Assembly: GCA_964016885.1 (NCBI GenBank)
Contig: OZ024740.1
Coordinates: 269,018,001-269,082,000 of the forward strand
Length of the DNA: 64,000 nucleotides
Direction of reading: 5' to 3'
Source: Eledone cirrhosa
Taxonomy: Eukaryota
Part shown: piece after piece, positions 18,885-35,272 of the stretch
How the letters are laid out: every line of letters begins with the position of its first letter
How positions within the stretch are numbered: the first letter of the stretch is position 1
Translations under genes and position numbers: made by a program
The notes under the pieces: generated by a model
What the model was told of the DNA's origin: nothing
What the model saw: the letters and a program-made list of their open reading frames with translations, nothing else
The model's database searches: none

Positions 18885-21040
18885 AAAGAATTAGTATATC
18901 TACCAACATATGTATACAGATGCATACCTATGCTAGCAAATATATATGTTTTGTCTTAGTAACTTTGTGGTTCTATGCAAGGAGATGCAGAACAATTATA
19001 TGAAAGACATAAAATAAGAAAATTATGAAAATCAACTTACTTACTAAAATTTCACTCCAACTAATTAGTTTCTGTAAGGGAATAAATATGGTTACGTAAC
19101 GCACCCATAGAGAATCCTTACGTCATCAGGGAGTCTATTCTCAGCTAAGCTCCCAGGCAATGCGAGGACACAGGGAACTTATATAAAAATAGTTCAGTGG
19201 ATGGAAAAAAGCGAGCGGGGACTATATATATATATATATACATAACATACATATTTATACATATAAATACAAATATATATATACGTATGGTCTCCGTTTT
19301 ATTTTTGGGATTCGAAACCGATCGGTAAAGGTAACTATAGTAGGTAAAGTCAATTTTTTAAGATTTATTTTGAAACTTTTTCATTATTTACTAAACCTTG
19401 TTTATATTTGTTCTGGCTCGTTAATTTATTAACCCGCCATTGAACCACATTGGCACTTGGTTGGACAATACATGCGCACCTTGGCGCCTTGTGCGTGAAG
19501 GGACGTATTTCATATATATATATATAATAAAGAATTCATATCTAGTAACATATATATACATACAGATGCATATCAATGCTAGCAAATATATAGGTTTTGT
19601 CTTAATAACAGTGTGGTTCAATGCATGGGGTTGCAGAACAATAATATAAGAGACGTAAAAGAAGAAAATTATAAAATTAACTTACTTACTAAAATATCAC
19701 TTCCAACTAATTAGTTTCTGGAATGGAGTAAATATATTTTCCGAAGAATAATATATCGAAAAGCATTCCGTCGTCAGGAAAGTCTATTCTCATGTAAGTT
19801 TCCAGGCAAAGCGAGGACACTGGAAACTTATTAAAAAATAATTCAGTGGATAGGAAATAGCGAAGCGTGGACTGAATTCCAAACCATTGAGAAAATCACT
19901 GCCTCTATATCTGTGGCAAATTCAAAAAGAATCGAACACGTGACATCGAGGTCAATCAGTGGAAAGTGGTTTGCTAATAAAACAGCGGCCTGCCTACAAC
20001 CGTAGCAGCAGTCATGGCCAATATTGCTCGACAAATAATTTGGAGATAATAATAAAGAATTTATATCTAGTAACATATATATACATACAGATGCATATCA
20101 ATGCTAGCAAATATATAGGGTTTGTCTTAATAAGAGTGTGGTTCAATGCATGGGGTTGCAGAACAATAATATAAGAGACGTAAAATAAGAAAATTATAAA
20201 ATTAACTTACTTACTAAAATATCACTTCCAACTAATTAGTTTCTGGAATGGAGTAAATATGTTACTAGATATGAATTCTTTATTGAATTCAGTCCACGCT
20301 TCGCTATTTCCTATTCACTGAATTATTTTTAAATAAGTTTCCAGTATCCTCGCTTTGCCTGGAAACTTGCATGAGAATAGACTTTCCTGACGACGGAATG
20401 CTTTTCTATATATTATTCTTCGGAAAATATATTTACTCCATTCCAGAAACTAATTAGTTGGAAGTGATATTTTAGTAAGTAAGTTAATTTTATAATTTTC
20501 TTATTTTACGTCTCTTATATTATTGTTCTGCAACCCCATGCATTGAACCACACTCTTATTAAGACAAAACCTATATATTTGCTAGCATTGATATGCATCT
20601 GTATGTATATATATGTTACTAGATATGAATTCTTTATTATTATCTCCAAATTATTTGTCGAGCAATATTGGCCATGACTGCTGCTACGGTTGTAGGCAGG
20701 CCGCTGTCTTATTAGCAAACCACTTTCCACTGATTGACCTCGATGTCACGTGTTCGATTCTTTTTGGATTTGCCACAGACGTAGAGGCAGTGATTTTCTC
20801 AATGGTTTGGAATTCAGTCCACGCTTCGCTATTTCCTATCCACTGAATTATTTTTTAATAAGTTTCCAGTGTCCTCGCTTTGCCTGGAAACTTACATGAG
20901 AATAGACTTTCCTGACGACGGAATGCTTTTCGATATATTATTCTTCGGAAAATATATTTACTCCATTCCAGAAACTAATTAGTTGGAAGTGATATTTTAG
21001 TAAGTAAGTTAATTTTATAATTTTCTTATTTTACGTCTCT
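18885..21040. repeat. 525-bp unit array: divergent copy 18885-19225, tandem copies 19525-20260, inverted tandem copies 20261-21040
   Basis: tctagtaaca at 19541 and 20066; ctgacgacggaatg at 20387 and 20912 (both 525 bp apart). Confidence 0.9.
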
Positions 21041-22222
<1,182 letters not shown>

Positions 22223-22261
22223 TTATATATACTATTCATTAATATTTCGAAGTTGTCGTCG

Positions 22262-22286
22262 TCGTTTTCTTCTTCTTCTTCTTCTT

Positions 22287-22317
<31 letters not shown>

Positions 22318-22705
22318 AGAAGATCGTGGGGGCAGAGTCCTTCCCGCTGGTCCTGTCAGAAGCAACGGTCTTCAACTGATCCGGCTGGATCCTCAAGCGA
22401 AACCAAATGAGCTCATGAATGTTATCTAACCATCTTGCGCGGGGTCTACCCGTAGGTCTCGTTCCAGTTGGATTTGCCCGTAACATCTGTCCAGCGATTC
22501 CTAGGACATTCTAACCAAATGCCTTAATATCCGAGCTGTAATCTCTAAAATCGGAGAAGAAGGAGCTCTACCTGAAGCGGCTCCTTCATCTCTTTGCTAT
22601 GCACTCTATCGAATAACGTTATTCCAAAGACCCTTCTGAGGACGTACATTTCGCGATCCTATTCTTTCGGTCATTACACAAGATTCATGACCATATGTAA
22701 GGGTT
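22262..22705 (-). mobile_element. RTE LINE 3' fragment with (GAA)n tail
   Basis: ANPTGTRPTGRPRARWLDNI followed by the tail repeat; homologous to the 17 kb copy. Confidence 0.85.
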
Positions 22706-23216
22706 GGCGAACCTCAATACTGCCGGGGAAAAAAATCATTCTATTTCTTCTATTATTTAATTACCTTGGCTAATTCAATTCCATCTAAGTTCGTATTTAC
22801 TGATATTTTTATTTTTTGCCTCATTTGATACTATCGTTCTTCTTCACTGTAACGAATTTTACTTTTACTTTATAAAGTTGCCGAAAAATGCATATGCAGA
22901 TTTGTATTCCAATGTGACATTTATCAAAGTATAATTATATTTTCACATATAAGATGATACGTGAATGTTCAAAATATTACGGTCAATTGTTGTATGGTAA
23001 AACATATTTCTAAATGCTCGAGATACACTATGGATATCTTCGTGTTGTAACTCTTAATGAATAGTAACTTATTATGAAAGATGCTGGCTTGAAAGGTTTC
23101 TCCTGAGTTTGTCAAAAGTAAGATCATTAATTGCTTCAATTGAATGTTTACATCATGTTATTTTAATTAATTCTTATTTGACTATCAAAAGCAATATTAC
23201 TTTACAGTCTGTAGAA

Positions 23217-23355
23217 TTAAACGATTTTGCTAACTTCGTAGACCAGAAATAAGACCAAATATAAGAAAATCAACGTTAAATTTGTGTTCGGAAATGCGGT
23301 CATCACTAACCCAAATCGTCTGCCATTGAGTCTATACGTTGCTGTTTGGCTCAAA
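23217..23355 (-). CDS. Candidate terminal coding exon with hydrophobic C-terminus
   Basis: ttttatttcacAG acceptor, then LSQTATYRLNGRRFGLVMTAFPNTNLTLIFLYLVLFLVYEVSKIV*; unique sequence; no upstream exon identified. Confidence 0.25.
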
Positions 23356-24019
23356 CTGTGAAATAAAAAGAAGCATAATAACACAAACAAATGAAGTTTG
23401 GCATTTTAGTTTGAAATGAATAACCATAATTGAACAGTAGTTAATGTAATCTGAAAATTGTAAGAAGAACCTATAATCTTGTATTTCTAAGATTAATTCA
23501 AAGCAAAAGCTCATAACAAATTGTTGTTGGCAAAAAACTATACAAAATGAACAAGATATAATGTGATCAAATGTGTGCGCTGGTGGTATTGCTGCTACCG
23601 AAGGTATTGATGATAATCGTAATAGTAGTTATTATAGTTATTGTAGTTATGGAGGCAATGGGCGGAATAAGCATCTAGTTACATTGAAGAAAACAATTGC
23701 TAAGTATACCTGTGGAACGCATGCGACGTCTGGACTGTAAAAGAGCTTAAAATAATTCCATGATTTCCAAATAAAATAAATAATAACTAAAAGTTCAACC
23801 TGTTTCTAATTGTCTGGGAACAAATGAAGTTAGTAAAGGAGGTCAAGAGAAGCAAGTAGTAGAATTAAAGTGATGTGGTAGAGAGAAAATATAGGCGGAT
23901 TAAGGTGCAACACAGATGGCGATTGATAGGTGGTTGGATATATTGTTCTGAAACAGATGACAGTTAATAAAATGGAGCTGCTAACAACAATGAGGATACT
24001 AATAGTTATTAAAGTAGGA

Positions 24020-24806
24020 ATAATAATTGTTTCTACTTTTGGCACAAGGCCAGCAATTACCCAGTACATTACTGGTACTTTATTTTATCGACCCCGTAAG
24101 GATGAAAGGCAAAGTTAACCTCGACGGCATTTGAACTCAAACCGTAAAGGGACGTAACTATGCTAGAAAGCATGGCATCCATCCCTCTACTGCTACTGTC
24201 AAAGGAATAATAATTGTTTCTACTTTAGGCACAAGGCCAGCAATTATCCAGTGCATTACTGGCACTTTATTTTATCGACCCCGTAAGGATGAAAGGCAAA
24301 GTTAACCTCGGCGGGATTTGAACTCAGATCATAAAGGGAGGTAACTCTATGCTTCAAAGCATGGCGTCCGACCCACTACCGATACTGCCATTCCAAGGAA
24401 TAATAATACTGAAAGAGCATGGTTTATTTGGTCAAATTTCTTTTAATGATTCAAAGAAAATAATTATCATAATAATTGGTTCTACTTTTGGCACAAGGCC
24501 TGCAATTAACCAGTGCATTACTGGTACTTTATTTTATCGGCCCCGTAAGGATGAAAGGCAAAGTTAACGTCGGCGGAATTTGAACTCAGAATGGCATAAT
24601 TATCATAATAATATTAATAATTGTTTCTACTTTAGGCACAAGGACAGCAATTACCCAGTGCATTACTGGTACTTTATTTTATCGACCTCGTAAGGATGAA
24701 AGGCAAAGTCAACCTCGGCGGGATTTGAACTCAGATCGTAAAGGGACGTAACTATGCTGGAAAACATGGCGTCCGACCCTCTACCGATACTGCCAATCCA
24801 CCGCCA
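24020..24806 (-). mobile_element. Four head-to-tail copies of the tRNA-derived SINE
   Basis: ggcacaagg...ttgaactca repeated near 24040, 24228, 24490 and 24635. Confidence 0.9.
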
Positions 24807-25920
24807 TGCATAATAATATTAATAATAAACACTAATTACGGTGTTGTTAGTACACTTATTATTATTAATACATTCGAATCAGCATAATACTTAAATAAAA
24901 CTTAACATCTTAAATAAAAGATAAATCTTGCAACCAAACATTTCTGGTGTTTATAAAATATTGTGTTAATTTTGGTAACTGAGCATTCAATATTCTGAGA
25001 CCAAACAAGAAGATTTCTGTTATTTTTAATCACATGTAAATTGATTTACGTGAAATTAATTTTAAAATATCTGAATGGAATTCTTTCTGGATACGGCATA
25101 ATACTAATTTTAGATCATTTACTTTAATTGTATTGCTTATATTCTTGATCAAACCGATGTTAGTAGTTTTGAAGCATGATTGTAACTTTAAGCCTAATAA
25201 TTGAAATGAGATAGGCAGATGTAAGCAATGTTGGAGAGAGTTGATATATCTATCACGTTATATAGAAGAGCTGATAGTTGAAAAATATTGCATGCCTTAT
25301 ATGGAAGGAGAATGATGGAAGTAACGTCATGGGAATACGGGATGGATTGTTTTGGAGTAGAGTTTACAGTGATCAAATTAATTTGTAAAACTGAAAATGT
25401 TACAACGGAGACGAGATGACAGTGCGTGATATGTAACGGTGTTATGCGGACAGAACTCAACAGTGAAAATTCAATTCGATTCTCCCAAATGATATAAAAA
25501 AGTAATCGATTACGTCACCTATCTGTCTGTGGAAGACATTACACGTATATTTAACTTTACCTCAAAATGCCGTCAAAGTTCACCTTTTGTATTCGAAATA
25601 ACGGTATTGTTAAAACCAAATCCATCCGTTGGATAAGACTACATGGGGATAATTATAGAAAAAACTTTCTAAAGTTAGCATGTTACTCCGTACGGTTTTC
25701 GATGTCTACATTCCAGTGAGAGGGCTTTCTTTGTTCATTAGCAACCAGCTATTCTTTTTGGAGGGAATTTAAGATATGCCAAAGTAGAGCACAAATGCAT
25801 ACATATACATACATATGCATACATATACATACATATCTGCTTTTCAAAAGTAGAGTTGAGATAGAGTGTCTGTGGTTTTTCTCACATCAGATGTGAGAAA
25901 AACCACACCCTCCATCTCAA

Positions 25921-25964
25921 CTCTACTTTTGAAAAGCAGAATAACTGCGAAACCGGTAAAGGAG
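25921..25964 (+). ncRNA. Minimal type I hammerhead, U3:A8 variant, within a fold-back (25837-25939)
   Basis: ctt-TTGAAAA-gcag-aataa-ctgc-GAAA-CCGG-TA-aag; palindromic stem III ACCGGT; GUA site. Confidence 0.7.
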
Positions 25965-26112
25965 GCAAATAAATATATATATATATTTTTAAATAAGACT
26001 CCAGTTGGATTTTCGATTTCATCTTTTTTTCTTTATACTTTCACTCGAGTAGAACACCTCGGTTATTTTTCATTTTGTAAAAAAACCTCACTTTCTAATA
26101 TATATATATATA

Positions 26113-26420
26113 TATTGTTATACTTGGGGAGGGTCATATTGTTGTAATAATATTGCCCGAATTAATAACAGAACACACTCACTGTTTCGTTGGTTTTCGC
26201 TTCACGCTTCTGTGTCTTTTATATCTGCGATCTAACTTACTCGGTCCTCAATGTTGCCATTGACTGACCGACGGTCAAAATTAATACAGATACAATATAG
26301 ACACAAACACATATATATAGTTTATCATAAATCTTTCGTTGCACATCTGTGACATCGTCAGTGGTGTTATATTTTCCTCCTGTTGTATTGTATGTCTACG
26401 CCATTTTTATTCAGTCTGTC

Positions 26421-26425
<5 letters not shown>
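26113..26425 (-). mobile_element. Solo pLTR fragment of the Naiad-like family
   Basis: Near identical to 57590-57905. Confidence 0.9.
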
Positions 26426-26517
<92 letters not shown>

Positions 26518-26545
26518 ATGAATTAACGGAGGCATAGGCCGTCGT

Positions 26546-26596
<51 letters not shown>

Positions 26597-26599
<3 letters not shown>

Positions 26600-27060
26600 A
26601 AGTATGTATGTATGTATACGTACATACATATATGTATACAGACGTACAGTAGTGTGTATATATATACATACATGCACACACACACATATATATATACACG
26701 TATCGGTTTACCGAATATTTATTGTAATGTTCGGTTTGTTTGTAAACAAACAAACAGCCCGAATTACGCCATACAGTATTTAGGCAACCACGTCACCGTT
26801 TTGTTGAACAAAAAGGTGACGTGGTTGCCTAAACACTGTACGGCGTAATTCGGGCTGTTTGTTTGTTTACAAACAAACCGAGCATTATAATAAATGTTCG
26901 GTAAACCGATACGTGCATATATATATATATGTGTGCATGTATGTATACATATATACATACTACTGTACGTCTGTATACATATATGTATGTACGTATACAT
27001 ACATACATACTTTAAGTAACTGCCGTACTAAGAGTGAGAAATGAAATTTCGTTTCATTCT
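26597..27060. repeat. ~400-bp palindrome of the 477-bp HHR-unit family
   Basis: Centre ttttgttgaacaaaa near 26805; arms match the 3' half of the units at 53.3 and 56.3 kb. Confidence 0.9.
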
Positions 27061-27088
27061 ATTCTATATATATATAAATATATATATA

Positions 27089-28463
<1,375 letters not shown>

Positions 28464-28689
28464 TATATATATATATATACTGGTTATAACTTTGTATTGG
28501 TGATCGAATAACGTGAAACCAAGCGGGTAGCGATCTCTAGATCTACCAGTTGAGAGAAACAATTCTCAGCAATGAGATTAAAAACCTTTTTTGTATAACA
28601 AACCGTGTCACTCTTCTTTCCTGATTTATATATATATATATATACATAGGGAGAGAGAGCGAGAGAGAGAGAGAGAGAGATTTATAAAG

Positions 28690-28808
28690 ATTTTATACTC
28701 AAGATGTTTATTATTCATTTAAAAATCAACATCAAATGAAATAATTCCACAATAGTTAATTCACCATACAGGGAACAAATGTTTCACCTTATTCGAATCT
28801 TCAGCTCG

Positions 28809-28843
<35 letters not shown>

Positions 28844-28904
28844 GTGGAATTATTTCATTTGATGTTGATTTTTAAATGAATAATAAACATCTTGAGTATA
28901 AAAT
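28690..28904. repeat. ~60-bp inverted repeats around a degenerate HHR-like core and (TA)n
   Basis: 28690-28751 vs 28843-28904; minus strand CTGAAGA...GAAACATTTGT. Confidence 0.7.
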
Positions 28905-29009
28905 ATTTTTAAGGTGTAAATAAGGTCTAAAAAATTGTCCTAATAATTACATATAGACACAGACAGGCAGAAATACACACACAGATACACAAACACACAC
29001 ACAAGTACA

Positions 29010-29065
<56 letters not shown>

Positions 29066-29148
29066 TTTATCCTTGGTTCAATCGGTGGTAACCACAGTAA
29101 GTAAGGTACTCAATACAAAGCAGAGTATAAATATTTAATATAGATAAG

Positions 29149-29197
29149 GCTTCTACAGGACTAGAACGTTTTCATTCGGGAAAAATCATCAGGAAGC
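29149..29197 (-). ncRNA. Hammerhead-like motif in a pLTR fragment
   Basis: gcttc-CTGATGA-tttttcccgaat-GAAAAC...GTA-gaagc; 5-bp stem I, weak stem II. Confidence 0.5.
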
Positions 29198-29479
29198 TAG
29201 CTGTCTGGTGGTAGGAGGGGGGGGGGTGATTGGGATGGTTGGAGGTCATTGGTTGATGAATTTAAAGAAAATGGAATTCTTTAAAAACTGTATTTAGAGT
29301 AATAAAGGCAGAAATAATTCTATAGACAAGTTCACCCTGGGGGTACCACTCCTGATTTTTAAGTTTCACTTGAACTGACAATGGCTATGGTCAGGTGTCT
29401 ACAAACACACTCACATACGCACACATATAAGCCGCTACTCTAATATAGAACTATAGTTCTATATTAAATATATTTGTAT

Positions 29480-29511
<32 letters not shown>

Positions 29512-29601
29512 ATGGAAAAATTTGAACAGGGACAAAACAGAGAGGCAGTACAACGAATGTTTATTAATTTCACGCTCTGGAGAGCGGGGTGTTGGTGGGG
29601 G

Positions 29602-29634
29602 ACGACGGTTCGGGCATAAGCCCTTCCTCAGGTG
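29602..29634 (-). ncRNA. Minimal hammerhead with one core mutation in a pLTR fragment (29510-29760)
   Basis: ac-CTGAGGA-a-gggc-ttat-gccc-GAAC(for GAAA)-CG-TC-gt. Confidence 0.6.
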
Positions 29635-29790
29635 AGAAGTGTATGGGAACAGAGTCCAAAGGGTGTGTAGGGGAGTGGCGGAGAGACATATAGCGAAAGG
29701 AAACGGTGCGAATGAAAAAAATAAAAATAAAAATAAAAATAAAGCATGATAAAGTATGATAAAGTATGATATATATATATATATATATAT

Positions 29791-30010
29791 ATATAGTTTC
29801 GTTGACAAGTATAGCAATGTGCACAGACACGCAGATATATCGCCCTTGGTATGACACTGTGGTTTTAGCTCAATGTAGGATAACTAGTGTATACTACAGA
29901 GCTGTTATAAGTAGTATATCCTACATTGAGCTAAAACCACACTGTCATACCAAGGGCGATATACGTATCTGCGTGTCTGTGCACATTGATATACTTGTCA
30001 ACGAAACTAT
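29791..30010. repeat. ~90-bp-arm fold-back just upstream of the PLE ORF
   Basis: tatagtttcgttgacaag...atgtaggata vs tatcctacat...cttgtcaacgaaactata. Confidence 0.9.
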
Positions 30011-30115
30011 AACGGCTCCCCTTAGGTTGAGCTAAATGATATAACCACTGTACACATATATGTATTCGTAGATCTATACAATTATAGTCGCACACTGGTG
30101 TATAAACTTGACAGT

Positions 30116-32677
30116 ATGCTAACCAAGGACCATCTACCTTTGTCACTCAAGAACATTGCCATCCCATCTAAGAATACCTACGAGAGGTTCCTCATAGCTA
30201 GCGTGAACTCATTTGTTAAAAGATTAAGGTGGCGTGCTTTCCACTACGATAGGAACCGGGATAACCCTCAGCAAGCAACCCGGGAGGATAGGTATGGATT
30301 CAAGACTTACAAGAATCCACCGCATAATAGTAGCCTGGAGGGCTTTGAAGATGACCTTCTAAAACTTGTGAGAAATATTAGATATAGGAATAAATGCCAT
30401 AGCAAGAACCAATTCCGTAGAGATCTTAGCTCTTTTATTAAGGGCTTCGAAGAAACTGATAGCATTCTCGTCCCCTCAGATAAAACAAAAAATATATATG
30501 TAACTTGGACTATAGGACTTACAGAAACTCCATATACAAGGAACTCCATAGAAATTATAAGAAAATTTCCTACGATAACCTAGACGAGATAAATAAGAAA
30601 GGGATTGAAATTGTTAAGATGCTGAATATGGAAAGGTACACCCAGCCATTCACCCCTAAGCAACCCAGATCCACACTGAAAGATCACAAAGAGGACTTCA
30701 TTAGTAACACCTCAATTAGGCTCATTAGCCCCTCTAAGTCTAACCTAGGTATAATAAGCAAGAGAATTTTGGACGCCGTGATACCTGTTATAAGAAGTAA
30801 AGTTTACCTTGACCTATGGGGTAATACGGAGGAGGTCATTAAATTGTTCTCAAGCATTAGTAACCATAAGTCCCTGAAGTTCATCCAATTTGATATTAAC
30901 TCCTACTACACTTCCATCTCTCCCATCCTTCTAAATAAGGCCCTTATATTAGCTATACAAAAGCGTGACCTGACTAGATCCCAAATTGACATTATCCTTG
31001 TTGCCCGGAGAACTATCATCCTCTTCGAAGAGCAACTTTGGACGCGCAAGAACACACCGAATAACTTCGATAACACAGTGGGGTCCAGCGATTCGGCGCA
31101 GGTCACTGATTTGGTTGGACTATACCTCCTCCATGAACTACATAAGACATTCCCGCATTTCAGAAGCGGGCTGTACCGTGACGACACCCTGTTCACTATT
31201 GAATATAAAAAACATAATATAGACAGGACGAGAAAAGACCTACATAAATTCTTCAAAAGCTTTAACCTTAGTATAACGATAGACATAAATAATAACTTTC
31301 TAGACGTAACCCTGGACCTGGAAAATAAATACTTCTCACCTTATCACAAGCCAGATGAAACACTAACATACGTAGATGCCAATTCCAACCACCTTAGACC
31401 CATCCTAAATGCCATAATTAAAGGGGTCTCTAATAGGATTAGCAGACTATCAGATATTGAGGATGGATTTAGGTCTAATGCAAGGTACTATAATAAAGCA
31501 CTAACAGAGTCCGGTTTTAGAGAAAAAATATACTATATATCTAACAACGTCCAAACCACCAGGGCCGGACCGTATAATGTAATCACGCACAATATTGCTT
31601 TGCCTAATAGAAGCAGACACAAAAATAAGAACAGCATGGGTACAGTAAGCAGCTCTGACCAGCCCCCAACGGACTCCATCTAACACGCCTCCTCAGTGTA
31701 GTAATAATACTAACAGTAGGATGAAAGCTAGAAACTTGAGATACAATAGGAACGACAGGGAAACCAGCGTAACCCTCCGGGTAAGGTTACCACCCGAGGG
31801 GCTCTCTACCACAGAAGGTGGGGTGTCTACGCGCAGTGCCAACTCTTCCCCCAGTACGAAAAATAGAAAAAATAGACGAAGATCTAATCCCTACTTTAAT
31901 CCACCTTACAACTCGGAGATATCAACCAATATACCAAAGGCATTCTTTTCGATCTTGGAAAATACCCCCCCCCCCCGTAGTAAATACCATAGCATCATTA
32001 ATAAAAACACAATTAAGCTATCATCCTCCACTACTCCAAGTCTAGCTCGTCACCTAGCCATAACGAACAACACAAAAATTAGAAAAAGTTTCGATACCAT
32101 TCCTTCTACGGAACACCCGCAGCCACTAGGTGGACCGCATGCGGCGTTACTCAGCAGTACTATCCACACATCTGATGTACGGCTGCCAAATCAGGAACAT
32201 ACGGAAAACTAACCATCTCCTGTACCGCAGAGTGACATACACCGCAAATGTAACTGCAGACGAAGGGCGGGGTGCCCCCTGAAGGGGCTATGCCTTATAA
32301 ACAATATTGTCTACGCTTGTGAAGTTATAACTCGGACCTCTTCCAAAACATATATAGGATCTACATCGACCTCCTTTAAGACTAGATACAACTCCCATCG
32401 CTATACGTTTAGACATGATAGACTTAAGAATACCACATCCCTAGCTAGTTATATATCCCTCCTGAAGAACACCGATTTTCAATACACGCTTGATTGGAGA
32501 ATTATCACTAAATCATCGCCGTACAGTGTCCCCAGCAAGACCTGTGACCTTTGTCTCTCTGAGTCACACGCCATAATATACACCAAACTGAACCTGTTAA
32601 ATAGGAAATCGGAAATATTCTCTTCTTGCCCGCACAAAAATCGTATCTCCTTCTATTACTTTAGACCAATTAGCTAA
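30116..32677 (+). pseudogene. Hydra-clade-like PLE ORF (RT + GIY-YIG), full length but disrupted
   Basis: SLKNIAIPS, RLRWRAF, KDHK, FDINSYYTSI, GLYRDD, CNCRRRAGCPL, IVY..YIGST, CDLCLSE, CPH; frameshifts near 30510 and 31700, stops at 31681 and 32210. Confidence 0.9.
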
Positions 32678-34591
32678 CGCTGTATGACATGCACACCTCC
32701 CTCCTATCAGGCCTACGTAAAACCACGCCACCCTTGATCCTGGTCCTCTGTAACCATAACTGCCCTTCAAGTGTATATAGGCTCCTCTCCTCTTTCATTT
32801 CTCTTTTCCCCTCTCTCTTACTTTTTTCTTCCTCTGTTCCCTAATTCATCTTATTACCACAAGCCAATAACCCATAGGGTACAACCTACTTAAGGCTTTT
32901 CACTATACCTAGCACAGTTTGACCCTATACAGGCACCTACCTACACTAACCAAAGGGATATGGTTTACAAACATATCCAGTGTGCGCTAACTGATAACAC
33001 AGCCTAATAGTTTGTCGAAAGCCCAAGAAACTCCGCCGCAGCTATAAAGCGGGTGGCTTGGGCATCTGGGGTCCAGATAGTCTTGACGCTAGGGTGTGAG
33101 ATAGATCCAACATAGTATAGTGAACAATATGAGCAAATTGTGTGGACTAAGTGACACAGGATCGATCAAACCCCAGGGGGAATGGGTAATTGGTCGCTGA
33201 GGGCTTTGAATCGAACAAATAACTTGCCCCAAGCGTCCCGTGGATATCTAATGAATCCGCTCTTTATGACGCGAATTGCCTCCCATACTTTTCATAAGCA
33301 CACAACGACTTCCCGAGTTTGTATTCTGACAACCGTTGTGTGTTACTAGCGAGAGGCTAACGTTTGAAATTTTGAAATTGTTGAATAGGAATTGTGCTGC
33401 AAATATAATGAATTATAGAACTACACTCAAGGCAGTGTGCGACAGTAGATACTGACTTCCAGCCGACCCAGAAGGGCTCACACCCGACTGTGAAAGGATT
33501 ACAACCTCCGGATTCAGTAATCTATACGAAAACCACGTGGCGGACTTGTAAACAACATAGCTGTCATTAACAGTTTTAGCCGTGAATTTACTTTATATTC
33601 TACAGAAATTTGCACTCACTCTAATAAACCCGCTTATTAATATAACCATATCTTCTTTTCCTTCACTCTGCCATAGGTAATTCCGTAAGCGGAGTTTTCT
33701 ATATACGCTTTCTGTCTACGTGACGGACTAGTCATCAGGATTTACATTTACTGTGGTATAATTGCATATGGTATGACACTTTAGTTCGATGCCGACTCGG
33801 CCATACAGTGTACTTCACTTGGAACGTTGGGTTGAGTGACCGAACGTGAGGACTTTGGGAGATAGCAGTTATTGCGGACCTGTCTTATTTTCAATTCTTT
33901 CACTGGGGTGCCGGCTGTACCTGTACCCTACTTTACTTCAACTCATCGTACTTTACGTTATTTTAGATTTAAGGTGTTTATTGCAGACTGCCTATGCCGG
34001 TAAATCCTCTGGGTATATGTTTTGAAAACAGTATTATATGGCCTAACGCTTGGAACTGGAACCAATGGATGTTGTTCGTAGGGTGCTGGTATGATATGGA
34101 GAAATCGACCTGTGACAAGGCGATATAACTGGAGTGCACCATCCTTCCTATAGACAATCCTACATGTAAAGCTGCACCACCGCTAACCAACTATCCTTCT
34201 CACAGACTCATGCATGCAAGCTCTCTTACTCTGCCTGTACATCCTGTATTTGCACTGCTTGTGAATTGATGTATCTATGCTTTGCTTTGCTTTGTTTGTT
34301 TTTGTTTGTTTTGTTTTTTTTGTTTTTTGTATTTTTGTTGTTTTTGATCATGCTGAGTAACACCCTCACTCATTTCTTGCTATCCTTTCCCAACCTCCTT
34401 ATCATCTATTGCAGCATTTATGTGATAAATTTGTGATGTAATTTTTTATGACATTATGTGCGTCATGTATTGTGTGTTTTTCTATATAACGCTGGCCTTG
34501 GGACCCCCCTACTGGTCCTTTAACCTTGTTCTGGTGACTGAGCTTGATGGAGCCTGCAACCTCTGATATACTCTGATATACTCTTGTTAAT

Positions 34592-34640
34592 AGGCTCTGA
34601 TGATTCCTGCCATAGGGTATGGATGAAACACTGTTAGCTA
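34592..34640 (+). ncRNA. Hammerhead motif at the probable 3' end of a PLE, before (TA)n
   Basis: ggct-CTGATGA-ttcc...ggat-GAAAC-act-GTT-agct followed by aataaa. Confidence 0.6.
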
Positions 34641-34682
34641 ATAAAACAATGTATTTCTAAGCACTCTTTGGTTATTCCTAAA

Positions 34683-34731
<49 letters not shown>

Positions 34732-35272
34732 CATCATCATTTACTGTTTCTGCCAACGCCAGTTTGCTCACTAACATAATTTAGTTCTTTCTTAATTTCC
34801 TATTTTGCCTGGCTTTGACTTAGGTCATACAGATTTAAAGCAGATTACTTATCGACATTGATTGGTGCCTACCCATATTGCTTTTTCACTAAATCATTCC
34901 CTCCATTCATGTTTTAGAAATACATTTTTTTTACGTGACCAAAAGCTTAGGGCTTTGCTTTCCATAATGTACATTATACGAACTAGTATATCAGCTTATA
35001 GTATATCCACAGTTTTTGTATGGTCGAGCGGTTTCCGTTTTGTCATGAACTTCATAATATGGTTTTGATGAAGTCCAGTTCACAAATTCAAGACCATACA
35101 TACAGTATGACATGTATGGTATTCGTTTTGTAAAGTTTACATTTGATATAAAGTGGGACCTGTTTCGAGGTTAAAGGTTCCTTATTTTTCTTAAATCTTG
35201 CTCAGCCTAAGATTGTACTGTGATGAACTGCAACAAAACCATCATTCGTGCTTGACAGTTGAAGGCCTAAAT

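Noticed and set aside
29965-30016. HHR in the right arm of the 29.8 kb hairpin
   Set aside because: A stem and GAAAC are present, but the CUGANGA core is not
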